From Zygnema circumcarinatum SAG 698-1b (lineage: Eukaryota > Plantae > Zygnematophyceae), in assembly GCA_037447605.1 (NCBI GenBank), contig CM074820.1:1798001-1862000 (forward strand): a stretch of 64,000 bases of DNA, given 5' to 3'. Positions 11,526-21,262 of this stretch are shown here, one piece after another. Under the pieces are notes generated by a model. The model worked only from the letters and a program-made list of their open reading frames with translations, searched no databases and had not been told where the DNA came from. The position numbers were made by a program, and so were the translations under genes. Position 1 is the stretch's first letter. Every line of letters begins with the position of its first letter.

Positions 11526-11966
11526 TTACGCTGTCAACACCACAGCCCCTCCCGCCTCCTTGATCTTCTTCTCCGCGAGCTTAGAAAAAAACTTCGCCTT
11601 CACAACGAGAGGCTGCTCGGGGAGCTCTCCCTTCCCCAACACTTTGGAAAATCCGTACTGGGTCACATCAATGACCGGCGCCTTCTCCTCGCCGTCGACC
11701 TGCGCCTTCACCTCCGCCGAAAGCAGCGACCAGAGGCGGTCCAAGTTCACCACCGGGCAGTGAAATTTGTTCATTGTTTTGTGGAAGTAGCGCATACCCA
11801 CTTTGCCAAAGTATCCGGGATGGTATTTGTCCATCATGATGCGATGATGGTGCATGCCTCCCGCGTTACCGCGCCCTCCCGGATGCTTGCGGTGCTTGCC
11901 CACGCGGCCATGGCCGGCTGACACGTGGCCCCTCTTCTTCCTGCTCTTCTTAAGGTGGGTAGTCAT
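11526..11966 (-). CDS. RPL27A: 60S ribosomal protein L27a (uL15), single exon, 146 aa
   Basis: Signature [32 protein letters not shown]...[15 protein letters not shown]...[31 protein letters not shown]. Confidence 0.98.
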   Translation of the reverse strand: MTTHLKKSRKKRGHVSAGHGRVGKHRKHPGGRGNAGGMHHHRIMMDKYHPGYFGKVGMRYFHKTMNKFHCPVVNLDRLWSLLSAEVKAQVDGEEKAPVIDVTQYGFSKVLGKGELPEQPLVVKAKFFSKLAEKKIKEAGGAVVLTA

Positions 11967-12065
11967 GGCGGCAGCCGGAGAGAGTGGGAGGGAGGGAGGG
12001 GCTGCTTGAAGAGGACGAGAGTTAGGGCTAAGGGCCGGCTTTAAGGGTTGGGAGGGGGATTGATG

Positions 12066-12345
12066 GACGGCTGCAATTGACCCATCGGGGGACGATTAGG
12101 GTTGGAGTGAAACGAACGGCTGAGATGAAATATGGGAAAACTAGGGGTTCAGGAAATCTGTACTTTCTAGAACGGACGGCTGGGATTGGACGGGCAGATG
12201 GGGATTTAGGGGAAAAAAAGAAATTGAGATAAGGCTAGGAGAGAAAATAGTTCTACTATTTTGAGATGGACGGCTGCGATTGCGTTTCAGACGTCGACGA
12301 AGGAGGACCCTCCGATGGGCAGAAAACGGGCTGCTGAGATCGGGG
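12066..12345 (-). promoter_or_regulatory. RPL27A upstream region with a repeated (G/A)ACGGCTG-N-RAT motif
   Basis: Four copies at ~12066, 12115, 12175 and 12269 plus a variant at ~12328; TAGGGTT telo-box-like motifs nearby (e.g. ~12099). Confidence 0.45.
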
Positions 12346-12560
12346 AATGGGGTCTGCCAACTTTTTTAAATAAAAATTGTGGCGGACGAATTGTGTTCTC
12401 GGCCTGCCTATTGGTCGAATACATTTTTAAATAATCGGCCATACATCTTCCATGACGTCAGCAATTTTCCAACCTCAATCTGTAATTTACACACCTTTTT
12501 GGGCTAGATACACACCTTTTTGGTTAAATAAAAAACCCAAACCTGGCATGACGTGGCCGC

Positions 12561-12732
12561 CATTGCCACGTCCCGCTGCACGAGCCGCTACGAGCCGGAT
12601 GGGCCGCTACGGGTCACGCGCTTTGTCTAGGTGGCACCTACGTGGCGTCTACGTGGCTTCTACGTGGTACCCCCGTGGCGGTGATTGCCACGTCACGCCG
12701 CACGAGCCGGGCGGGCCGCTACGGGTCACGGC
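12561..12732. repeat. ~55-bp direct repeat pair flanking three CTACGTGG units
   Basis: TTGCCACGTC..GC.GCACGAGCCG..GGGCCGCTACGGGTCACG at ~12564 and ~12685; CTACGTGG three times at 11-bp spacing (~12638-12667). Confidence 0.7.
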
Positions 12733-12930
12733 CTCCGCCGAGGGCGTGACCGCTGTCGCGTACGGTACCGGCCGGCGGTTGGGACGGCGGACCCCTCGAA
12801 CGGGGACCGTCACCGGCCGGGACGGTCCCCGGCTGGTCCCTCGTGGTCCCCGGGTCCTTCCCGCCCGAAGCAAAACCCTTATAAGGTTCGACGCGAGGAG
12901 CAGAAAAACGACCAGTCCCTGCCAGATCGG

Positions 12931-13030
12931 CGGTGACCCTCATTGACTCTAGTTGACCCTCGTTGACTCAAGTTGCCTCAAGTTGACTTGAGGTGACCTA
13001 CATTGACTTCGATTGACCCGCGTTAACTTA
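12931..13030 (+). promoter_or_regulatory. 10-bp-period array of W-box (TTGACY) motifs upstream of the LRR-EGF-lectin gene
   Basis: Ten consecutive 10-mers in the same register; perfect TTGAC(C/T) at 12943, 12953, 12963, 12983, 13003 and 13013, one-mismatch variants in the others; array ends 60 bp before the ATG at 13090. Confidence 0.6.
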
Positions 13031-13089
13031 CGAGAGGCGGCAGAGCGCTTCGCAGGGAGTGGGCGTACGGACAAGCGCTACCGACAAAA

Positions 13090-16000
13090 ATGGTCATGGA
13101 ACGGGCGAAGGCAGAGCGGCGCATTTTGTCGCTTTGCGGGTTGACTCTGGCGGCGGCCATGGCGGTTTGCGCCCCGCCGGTAGTCACGGGCCAAACCATG
13201 AACACTGTAGAAAGTGCGTCTCTCCTGAACCCTGAACCCTCGGTCCAATGGTGGTCAGCGCCTGCCCGCCCGCAGGCTCTGAACCCTCCTCGCCCTCTCT
13301 GGCAGAGAGCGCGCTCTTGGAGCTGAAGGCGAGCGCGAACTGGACGGTGGCGAGCGCGTGGTTCATGGACTCGTGGTCTTCGGATCGAACCGAGTGCGCG
13401 GCATGGAGGGGAGTGGTGTGCGACGGCGAGGGCCGTGTGACCGGCTTGTAAGGAGGGAGGGAGGGAGGGAGGGAGGGAGGGAGCGAGGGAGGGAGGGAGG
13501 GAGGGAGGGATGACATTTCCTCAAGCAATGTGATACTTACTTCTTGCATCTTGTTTGATTGTAGGGCTCTCTATGGTAATGGAATCAGTGGGAACATTCC
13601 GGAGTCGATCGGCAATCTGCCGAACTTGCAGCACTTGTAAGTTCACTCATTCACTCACTCCTTCTCCTTTGGGTTTTTAGTCCCCTCATTATGTCATGAA
13701 TGCTTAAGGAAAACACCTTTTATTCTATCAAAAGGTACTGTGGATTGCACTGTCTTCCAATTGTAGATTCTGCACATCTTTATTTCCAATTTGGCATGAT
13801 TTTTGATTTTTTTTTTTTTCTTTCACCTCTCTGGTTGGTAGGGATTTGAGCAATAATGATCTTAGTGGCCGCCTTCCGGAGTCGATCGGAAATCTACGTC
13901 AATTGGAATACCTGTGAGAAACCATTTTCTATGGTTCCTTCTTCTTTGGCTTGTTATTCGACTCAAGATTTTGCGAAACTTCTTAAGATCATTTCTTCAT
14001 GTTGTAAGGGCTTAGCGGTCAATTGTTGGTTCCCTCAAATAATTTTCGCATCACTTTAACCAGTGTGATGCCAATCGATTGTTCTCTTTCCTGCATCAGA
14101 AAACGTTGACATTTTGTTGCAAGACCTTGCCTATGCTTGCAGCGTTTCCCAATTCTAACATCTTATTTCATCTTATTTTATTTTATCTTATTTTTTTTTT
14201 TTTGCACCTTTCTTGTTGGTAGATCTCTCGCCTTCAATGGACTTAGTGGGCGGATACCGGAGTCGATCGGCAACCTAAAGAACTTGCGCTTCTTGTAAGC
14301 ATCATTCTCTATGATTCCTTCTTGGTTAGCCAGTTAGTCGGCTCAAGATTTGATGTAATTGCATGTCCAAAGACCGGCACTGTGTTCAGATGGACAGGAG
14401 AGTTTCAATACATGTTTGGAATCAATTGTAGTTTTTAGGGTTTTTAGGGTTTTTAGGGATTTTAGGGATTTTAGGGTTTCGTATGCCTGTATTTGAATTC
14501 TACTTGCAATCCACTATTGCCTCACTTCAGGCTGTGAATGTAATGAAGAATAATGATCAAAAGGCATCTAAATTCCCTATTTCCTTATTCTTGTGCACCT
14601 TCCTATTTTTGTCGTATCAGGATTCTCGCCGAAAACTACTTCACTGGTCCTCTAACGCTTCAACTTCCCAACACATTCAAGAATCTCGCGAGAAATTACT
14701 TCTCTGGCCCTGTGGAAACTGCTTACACTTTTGGCAACGAAGTGTGCTCATTTGCTGCTTTCAACTGCATTTATTCCTATGACACCAAAGTGGGGTGTGG
14801 CTATGACCAAGTACAAAGAACCTTGGCAGAGTGTCAGCAGTTCTGTAACAGCGAACAGCCCGACGGAGCATGTGGGGGCCATGGAACATGTTCAATGGAT
14901 ACATTCACATGTGTGTGCGATGCAGGATACACGTTGGTGGACAATTCCTGCTTGCCTTGTAAGTCTTTTTTCAAGAAATTTGCTAAGAATGCATTTTTTA
15001 GGTCTGTTGACATTAGTACGTTTCACTGTAGGAAGTTATGGCCTTGCATCTAAAGCATCTGAGCATGTTTGATAGGTTCTGCTTATCTCACTTGATGGCA
15101 TTAGGTCCCAATACGATTTTACTCAAGTATTAATTTTTCAAGTTTTTTAATTTTTCAGCTTTTCAACTCCCCCCATTAAGCCTCCAAAGGCACAATTTTG
15201 GGTAACATATCGTCATCTACATGGTTCTCACAATTGAAATTTTCTGTTCTTGGTAGATCGAAACATTAGCTATGCATGCGTGCATTTCGATTTCTACCTT
15301 TTAGCACGGCAAGTTGATGAATATCTCTGGTTTTCTCTTTTTCTTGGCGTTTAGCAAATTTCACATATGGGACCTTTCCAAGTGAAGTAATATGCCAGGA
15401 TTCTGCAGTGATCCTTAATGGAAGTACATTGCAACTAACACCCGATATTAAATATCGTACTGGAGTTGCATATTATCGAGATCCAATCGAATTATTAAGG
15501 GATCATGCTCTCAGTTGCCAGGCGGCTTCATTCAGCACAGAGTTCTCGTTCAAAATCTCTAATTCGACCTCTCGGATCGCTGATGGCATCACATTTTTCC
15601 TTCTCACTTCAAACGCGAACATAAGCAGCTTTGGAAGATCGACAGGCGGCACTCTTGGGTTCTCGGACACCCAAACTCCTCCTCTTAAAGTGGGCAGTGT
15701 TGCCATAACTTTTGACACTTACGCGAATCGTGATTTTGGAGAGCCCGTCCGTCATGTGGGCATACGCGAAAACTTCAAAAGGACCGCCGTGCGTCGAGAT
15801 ACGGCTCTTCTTTCCAACCTCACTTCCGCCCTGCACGCGTGGGTGGACTATGACGGAGGGGCGAAGCTCTGGAGAGTGTACCTAAACAGCGAAGCTTCCT
15901 CGAAGCCGTCCGCGCCGCTGCTCACTCGCAAGGCGGCGCTGTGCGACCTCCTGCGATTGTGCGGCGAGTGCCGTGACGTGACCAGCGCGTACATTGGCTT

Positions 16001-16218
16001 TAGCGCTGCGACTGGAGGAGCCTCCTCAAAGCAAGAGGTGCTGACGTGGGACTTTCAGAGCAGCTGGTCAGGTACGGGGACTGACTGCACTCTTCCTTCA
16101 GGCAAAACATTGTTAAAAACAGATCGAGTTATGAATGTGGCTTGATGGAATGTACCGATCATGGTTGAAGCCTTACCCCATGGGTCCTCTCCCCTCAAAA
16201 CTCAAAACTCAAAACTTT

Positions 16219-16294
<76 letters not shown>

Positions 16295-16543
16295 TCTCTC
16301 CCTCTTAGCGGATTGCCCGGTATTTAAAGAAGTTAAATTTTCAGACCTCCTTCCTAGCCAACTTCACTTTCCTTCATGCAGCATCCAAACGCAAATATTG
16401 TTCATGCTTGACCTTATCATGCCATACGTTCCACCTTGTTAAACAATCATCGCTAGTCCTGCACGTTTAGCCTTCGTGCGCCTTTTTTCTGCGCCTTTTT
16501 TCCACCCGTTTCTTCTCGTCGTTTCCTTCCAGGTGTGCCTTGA
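13090..16543 (+). CDS. Signal peptide + LRRNT + LRRs + EGF-like + legume (L-type) lectin protein, ~525 aa, no TM or kinase seen
   Basis: Exons 13090-13213, 13276-13447 (CAAWRGVVCDGEGRVTGL), three 72-nt phase-2 LRR exons 13565-13636, 13842-13913, 14223-14294 (LxLxxNxLSGxIPESIGNL), 14621-14958 (CGGHGTC..CVCDAGY..C), 15355-16071 (ASFSTEFSF..ADGITFFL..GGTLG..VAITFDTY.N..HVGI..YIGFSAATG..VLTWDF). The 11-nt last exon 16533-16543 is tentative. Confidence 0.85.
14432..14480 (+). repeat. Intronic (TTTTTAGGG)-type telomere-like tandem repeat
   Basis: TTTTTAGGGTTTTTAGGGTTTTTAGGGATTTTAGGGATTTTAGGGTTTC. Confidence 0.8.
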
Positions 16544-17749
16544 AGCGATGGATTGGAACGTAAGCAGTAGAGAGAAATTTGCCACAGCGACAGAAACTGA
16601 TCATTGCAAGAAAGCTTGAACAGGTGGTATTTAAAGTTCGAGACGTTCAAGAAGATAGAAGCTGGGCGTTGTGAGTGCGGCATTTCAGCGCACCTTATTG
16701 AAGCGTAGACGGAACTGCGCTTCTAAGAAATAGCAAGTGGAGTTAGGCATGCGACACGTGTCCCTCTTTAGACACGTGTAAGCACGTGCCGCCCAGCAAT
16801 GGGTCATCGGCATATGATGTCCCTGCACTGTCTTCTGGTTCTTCTAATTTTTTAGGTCCTGGTAGAACCATAGTCCCTATGCACGTGAACATGAGGGGCA
16901 TAATTAGGGAGGGGTCTAAACATACAAGCCATGAACATAGCGGATGCATCAGGATAACTTCTTATTTCAATCTGGCTTGTTAAGTTCATATATTATGACA
17001 TATGAAATTATAATATTCAGATAATATATAAATGTATTGAAATTATATTATATATTTCATTTATTGTGAAATATGAAAACATTGATCATTGAATTGTCTA
17101 TGGTAATATGCCCCATGACATGTTTCAGGAGTAGGGGAAATGCTGGTCTTTGTCTAATTCTTCACGTGCTTTGTTCCAAGTCGTCCAGGAAACCTCCCTT
17201 AACTTTTGGGTTATTCGCAAGGTGCCTCGATTCCGTGTTTGCAATGTCTTGTGTTGCGGAAATGCTGCGCTGATCTTTAGGGTTTCTAGGGTTTTGGTTA
17301 GGTATCGTAAACCGTGGGCTAATGCTTCTTTGTGGACCAATGAAGAAATCACATTGTGGGCAGTGCAACGAGAATTTGTTGCAACAAAATTACACGCACA
17401 TTGTCTCGTGTTTCATACTTGCATATTTTGCCGGATGGGAGAGAGACACGCGCGCGTATAGGGAGCTGCGGCAGAGGGAGGGCCCCACAAGTGGGCAAGA
17501 GGGAGAGGGAGCGGGAGGAGAGAAAGATGACGGAGAGGGAGAGGGGAAGAGGGAGGAGGTGGAGAATGAGAGGGAAAGGGTGAGGAAGAAAAGGGAGATG
17601 AGAGAGAGCGAAGGGAAAGAGGGATGTGAGAAAGAGGGAGGAGTGGGCAGAGAGGGGCAAGGGTTGTTGGAGAATCTTCCCATGATCTCCCACTCGCCGA
17701 GTCTCTGTGGGAGGGGCAAGTGGGGGAGAAGGAGAGGGAGAGGGAAGAG

Positions 17750-18258
17750 AAGGGGGAAGGGCAAGAGCGGGGAGAAGGAGAGGGAGAGCTAGAGAGAGAA
17801 GTGGGAGATGAAAGAGGGGGAGGGGGAAGAGAGGGTTGAGGAGATGGAGCGGACGGAGAGACAGCTGAGGTAGAAGGATAGGAAGGAGGGGCGAGTGGGA
17901 GAGAGAGAGGGAGGGGAAAGAGAGGAAGGTGAGTGAGAGAGAGAGGGAGAGGGAGGGGCAGGAGGGAGGGGAGCGAGAGGAAGCGGTAAGAGCAGGGGGA
18001 GGGATCCATTGGTGCGCGAGAGGGAGAAACGGGAGATAAAAGCGGGAGGCGGGGGAGCGGGAGGTGAGGGCGAGGGAGAAGAAGCCGGAGTGGGAGCTGA
18101 TGCAGAGGAAGAGGAAGGGGTGGGGACAAGTGAGGGAGAGGAGGAGAGGGAGGGAGAGGACTCTCCCACCTGCCGCTCCATCTGGCAAGAGTGACAATCT
18201 TCCTATTGCCCGCCGAAATGGACATTTCCTTTTCGCCGCCATGGCTACTCCCTGAAAG
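17750..18258 (-). pseudogene. Degenerate inverted copy of M23-gene exon 6 and the following intron
   Basis: 18170-18251 (minus) aligns to 7866-7948 with acceptor and donor kept, but is 82 vs 83 nt (frameshift) and has the HxxxD Asp codon changed from GAC to GCC. Similarity continues into the CT-rich intron (TACCTCAG block near 17860 vs 8059). The lower boundary is approximate. Confidence 0.85.
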
Positions 18259-18265
18259 TACGGCG

Positions 18266-18345
18266 TGTCAGACTTAACAAAATCTTACGAACAGCGTCAC
18301 GAACAAAGAGTACTCCGCCGCAGCAGGATCGCTATTTACTCGAGT
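18266..18345. repeat. Dispersed repeat related to 24777-24889
   Basis: TGTCAGACTTAACAAAATCTTACGAACA is the reverse complement of 24862-24889 with a few mismatches; CCGCAGCAGGATCGC is shared with 24783-24797 in direct orientation. Confidence 0.65.
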
Positions 18346-19594
18346 ACTTGTTCTGGTGTCAAGCTTAGAACACGCATACTGACTTGTTTAAAGTTTGACA
18401 CGCCCGAGGGAAAGGAAATGGAAGAACACCCAAAAATCCCAAAAAGTGGCTTGTGGTTTCCCGACCAGCGGCCGTACGGGTAGCGATCGAGTCGTCCAAA
18501 GGGTGGGGTTCCATCAGCGTTTTTTCGCCGACGTGGAGGTACAGGCGTAGTTTTGGAGGATGATGTGGCGCCGTCGTGGCGCCGACTAGGACCGACGTGG
18601 AGGTACAGGCGTAGTTCCCCAGAACCCGTAATTCTCCCTTCATGACTCTAATCCGATGTGGCGGTACAGGCAAACGCTGATGGACACCCACCCCAACAGA
18701 CCGTCGTTTGGGAACACGATGTTGGACGACTTCCCGGTACCCATGCAGTTGCAGGCGCAGTTACCGTTCCAGTTACAATTCCAGTTGCACTTTCCTCAAA
18801 ATTTGTGCCAAACAGTTCACATATAGTGTCACGATGTGCGCATTGTTTCCTTTCCTGTCCGCCCGCAAACCAAAACGTACGGACATAAAAGTACAATGTA
18901 CGGTACCCTTTCAGGCCGTACTTATCTGTACTTACTGTATATGTACGCAATCGTACGTTTAAGGGTGCGAACATTGCTGGAACGGTTCCATGTCACAGAC
19001 TCCGTTCGCATGTGACCGCCCACCGGACCGTTCAGTAAACCAATCCGGTGCTCGAATGAGAGCCGTCCGATCGAGACCACTGCCGCATTGGACGATCCAA
19101 ACTTCCCTCACCTGGATTCCGCCCTTTTCTGATTGGTCCACGTGGCACCCCTCCCCAGCCGCTGTCCGTCCACAGACCAAAAATCCGGTCTGCAGAGAGC
19201 CGCGCTGCCACTCGTGCCACGTGGCACCACCCTGCCCGTCCCAAAATTTTCAATGGAACGAATATAACCGTCGATTTCGCTTCACACGTGTACTTGACGG
19301 TTAAAATTGCACCAATCTTCGTCCGGGCTGCAGAACATTTTCTCTACCTGCCCGGGCCCTCGGCCCCCGCGGCTTCGTGTGAACGCTCCCCGAAACAACG
19401 ACGAAACCTTCGCACGTGTGAACGCGAAATTTCGAGCCGTTCGAGACAGTTCTGGGGGAGGGCTGAGGGGGGGGAGAGAAAAGAGAGAGAGAGGGAAGGA
19501 GTGGCGGCGGAGGAAGGTTAGCCATAGACCTCCATAGATTGTAGTGAATCAAGGGAGAGGGTTTAGGGTTTGTGGAGGAGGAGGAGCAGCAGCC

Positions 19595-21262
19595 ATGGCG
19601 GCGATGGTGCAAGCGGCTTCGACCCACGTGGCGTTCATGAGCTGCGGACACGTGGCAGCCAGCCATGGCAGCAGCAGACTCTCCTCCTCTCACTGTGGCC
19701 TGCGGAAGGTGTCTGTGAGCTTGACACGTGTCCCGGCAGCCATGGCGAAGAAGAGCAGGATGATGGTGAGGATGGAGGCCAAGGGGATGGAGGCCAAAGA
19801 GAAGAAGGAGGCCAAGGAGCCCCATGGTGGAGGTGAGGACTGGAGCCCAGGGAGGAAGGGAGGGAGGGAGGGGTTCTGGGGTTCAGAGCTTTGGGCTTAT
19901 TAGGGGCTGGGAGTAAGGAAATGGGTTGCGTGTATCTAGGGTCACCACTCTCCCCCTGTGAGAGAGAGAGGTTTTTGGGGTCTTTCTATTGTTGGGTATG
20001 AGTGTTTGAGAAGGGTTTGCCTTTCTGGGGGGGGGAGAGTGAGAGAGAGAGAGAGAAGGGGAGGGAAATGCGGATGGAGGTGATGGGCCTGCTGCATGCA
20101 TGCATGGGTTTGTGTATTCTTATAAGGTGTGATAGTGGGGAGTTGTGTATGTGTGTGAGTTGGAGGGAGAGAGAGAGAGAGAGAAAGTGTGAGGTAGTGA
20201 GGCGGAGAAAGACTGTAAGGGGGGGGGGGGGGGTGGCAGAGAAAGAGTTAAGAAGGGAGGAATAGAGGGTGAGGGGAGGAATGATGGGTTTGGAAGGGGA
20301 GTTGAATGTAATGTAGGGAGAGGGAGAGAGAGGGATCTGGGATGCGAAGGGAAGGGAGGGTGTGTGAAGATTAGAAGTGGATGGGAGATAGAATGGTAAG
20401 GAATGTGCTAAGGGAAGAGTGATGCTGCGAATGGGAGATAGAAGGAGAACAGGGTGGGGTGTGTGTAGGGATGAGGGGAGGGAGCATGGAGATCTACAGC
20501 CACACCGAGTGAGAGGCAGGGAGGGAAGCTCAGAAAAAATAGGTCTACATTTGTAATGAGATAGAGAGAGGAAGCGAGAGAGAGGACCTGGATGCAGACA
20601 GTCAAACCGCAGACAGACATCCAGAATATTGGGAGAGGGAGGGAAAGAGAGAGAGAGAGAGTGAGTGGTCTTGGATGCAGACAGACTGACAGACAGACCG
20701 ACGCAGACGCAGGAAGAGGGAGAGAGATAGGTTCATAGACTCAGCACTCCTTCACTGTGCTGCTGTTCAACTCAACTCCTTCACTCCTCCTGACCTTGCT
20801 GACCTCTCTCTCTTTCTCTCTCGCTCTTTCTCTCTCTCGCTCTTTCTCTCTCTCTCTCTCTCTTTCCCTCTCTCTCTCTCTCTCTCTCCCTCGCTCTCTC
20901 CCCCCCTCTCTCTCTCTGCCATGTGGCACGCTCTCGTCGTGACAGCCGGCGCTGTGACAGACGCCACCTTCAAGAGCCTGGTGCTGGAGAGCGATGTTCC
21001 GGTCCTCGTGGATTTTTGGGCCCCTTGGTGCGGACCCTGCAGGATGATCGCTCCTCTTATTGACGAGCTCTCCGTTCAGTATGCAGGGAAACTGCGTTGC
21101 GTGAAGATCAACACAGATGAGAGCCCAAGTGTGGCAACCGAATACGGAATTCGGAGTATCCCCACAGTGATGATCTTCAAGAAGGGGAAGAAGCTCGATA
21201 CTGTGATTGGGGCTGTGCCCAAATCTACATTGACTACCACAATCGAGAAGTATCTGGATTGA
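19595..21262 (+). CDS. TRX-m: Chloroplast thioredoxin m-type
   Basis: Exon 19595-19832 (Ser/Ala/Arg-rich transit peptide), phase-1 intron, exon 20946-21262 with [42 protein letters not shown]. Confidence 0.93.

Noticed and set aside
17349-18242. 270-297-aa minus-strand ORFs as a new gene
   Set aside because: Explained by the frameshifted M23 pseudo-exon plus copied intron.
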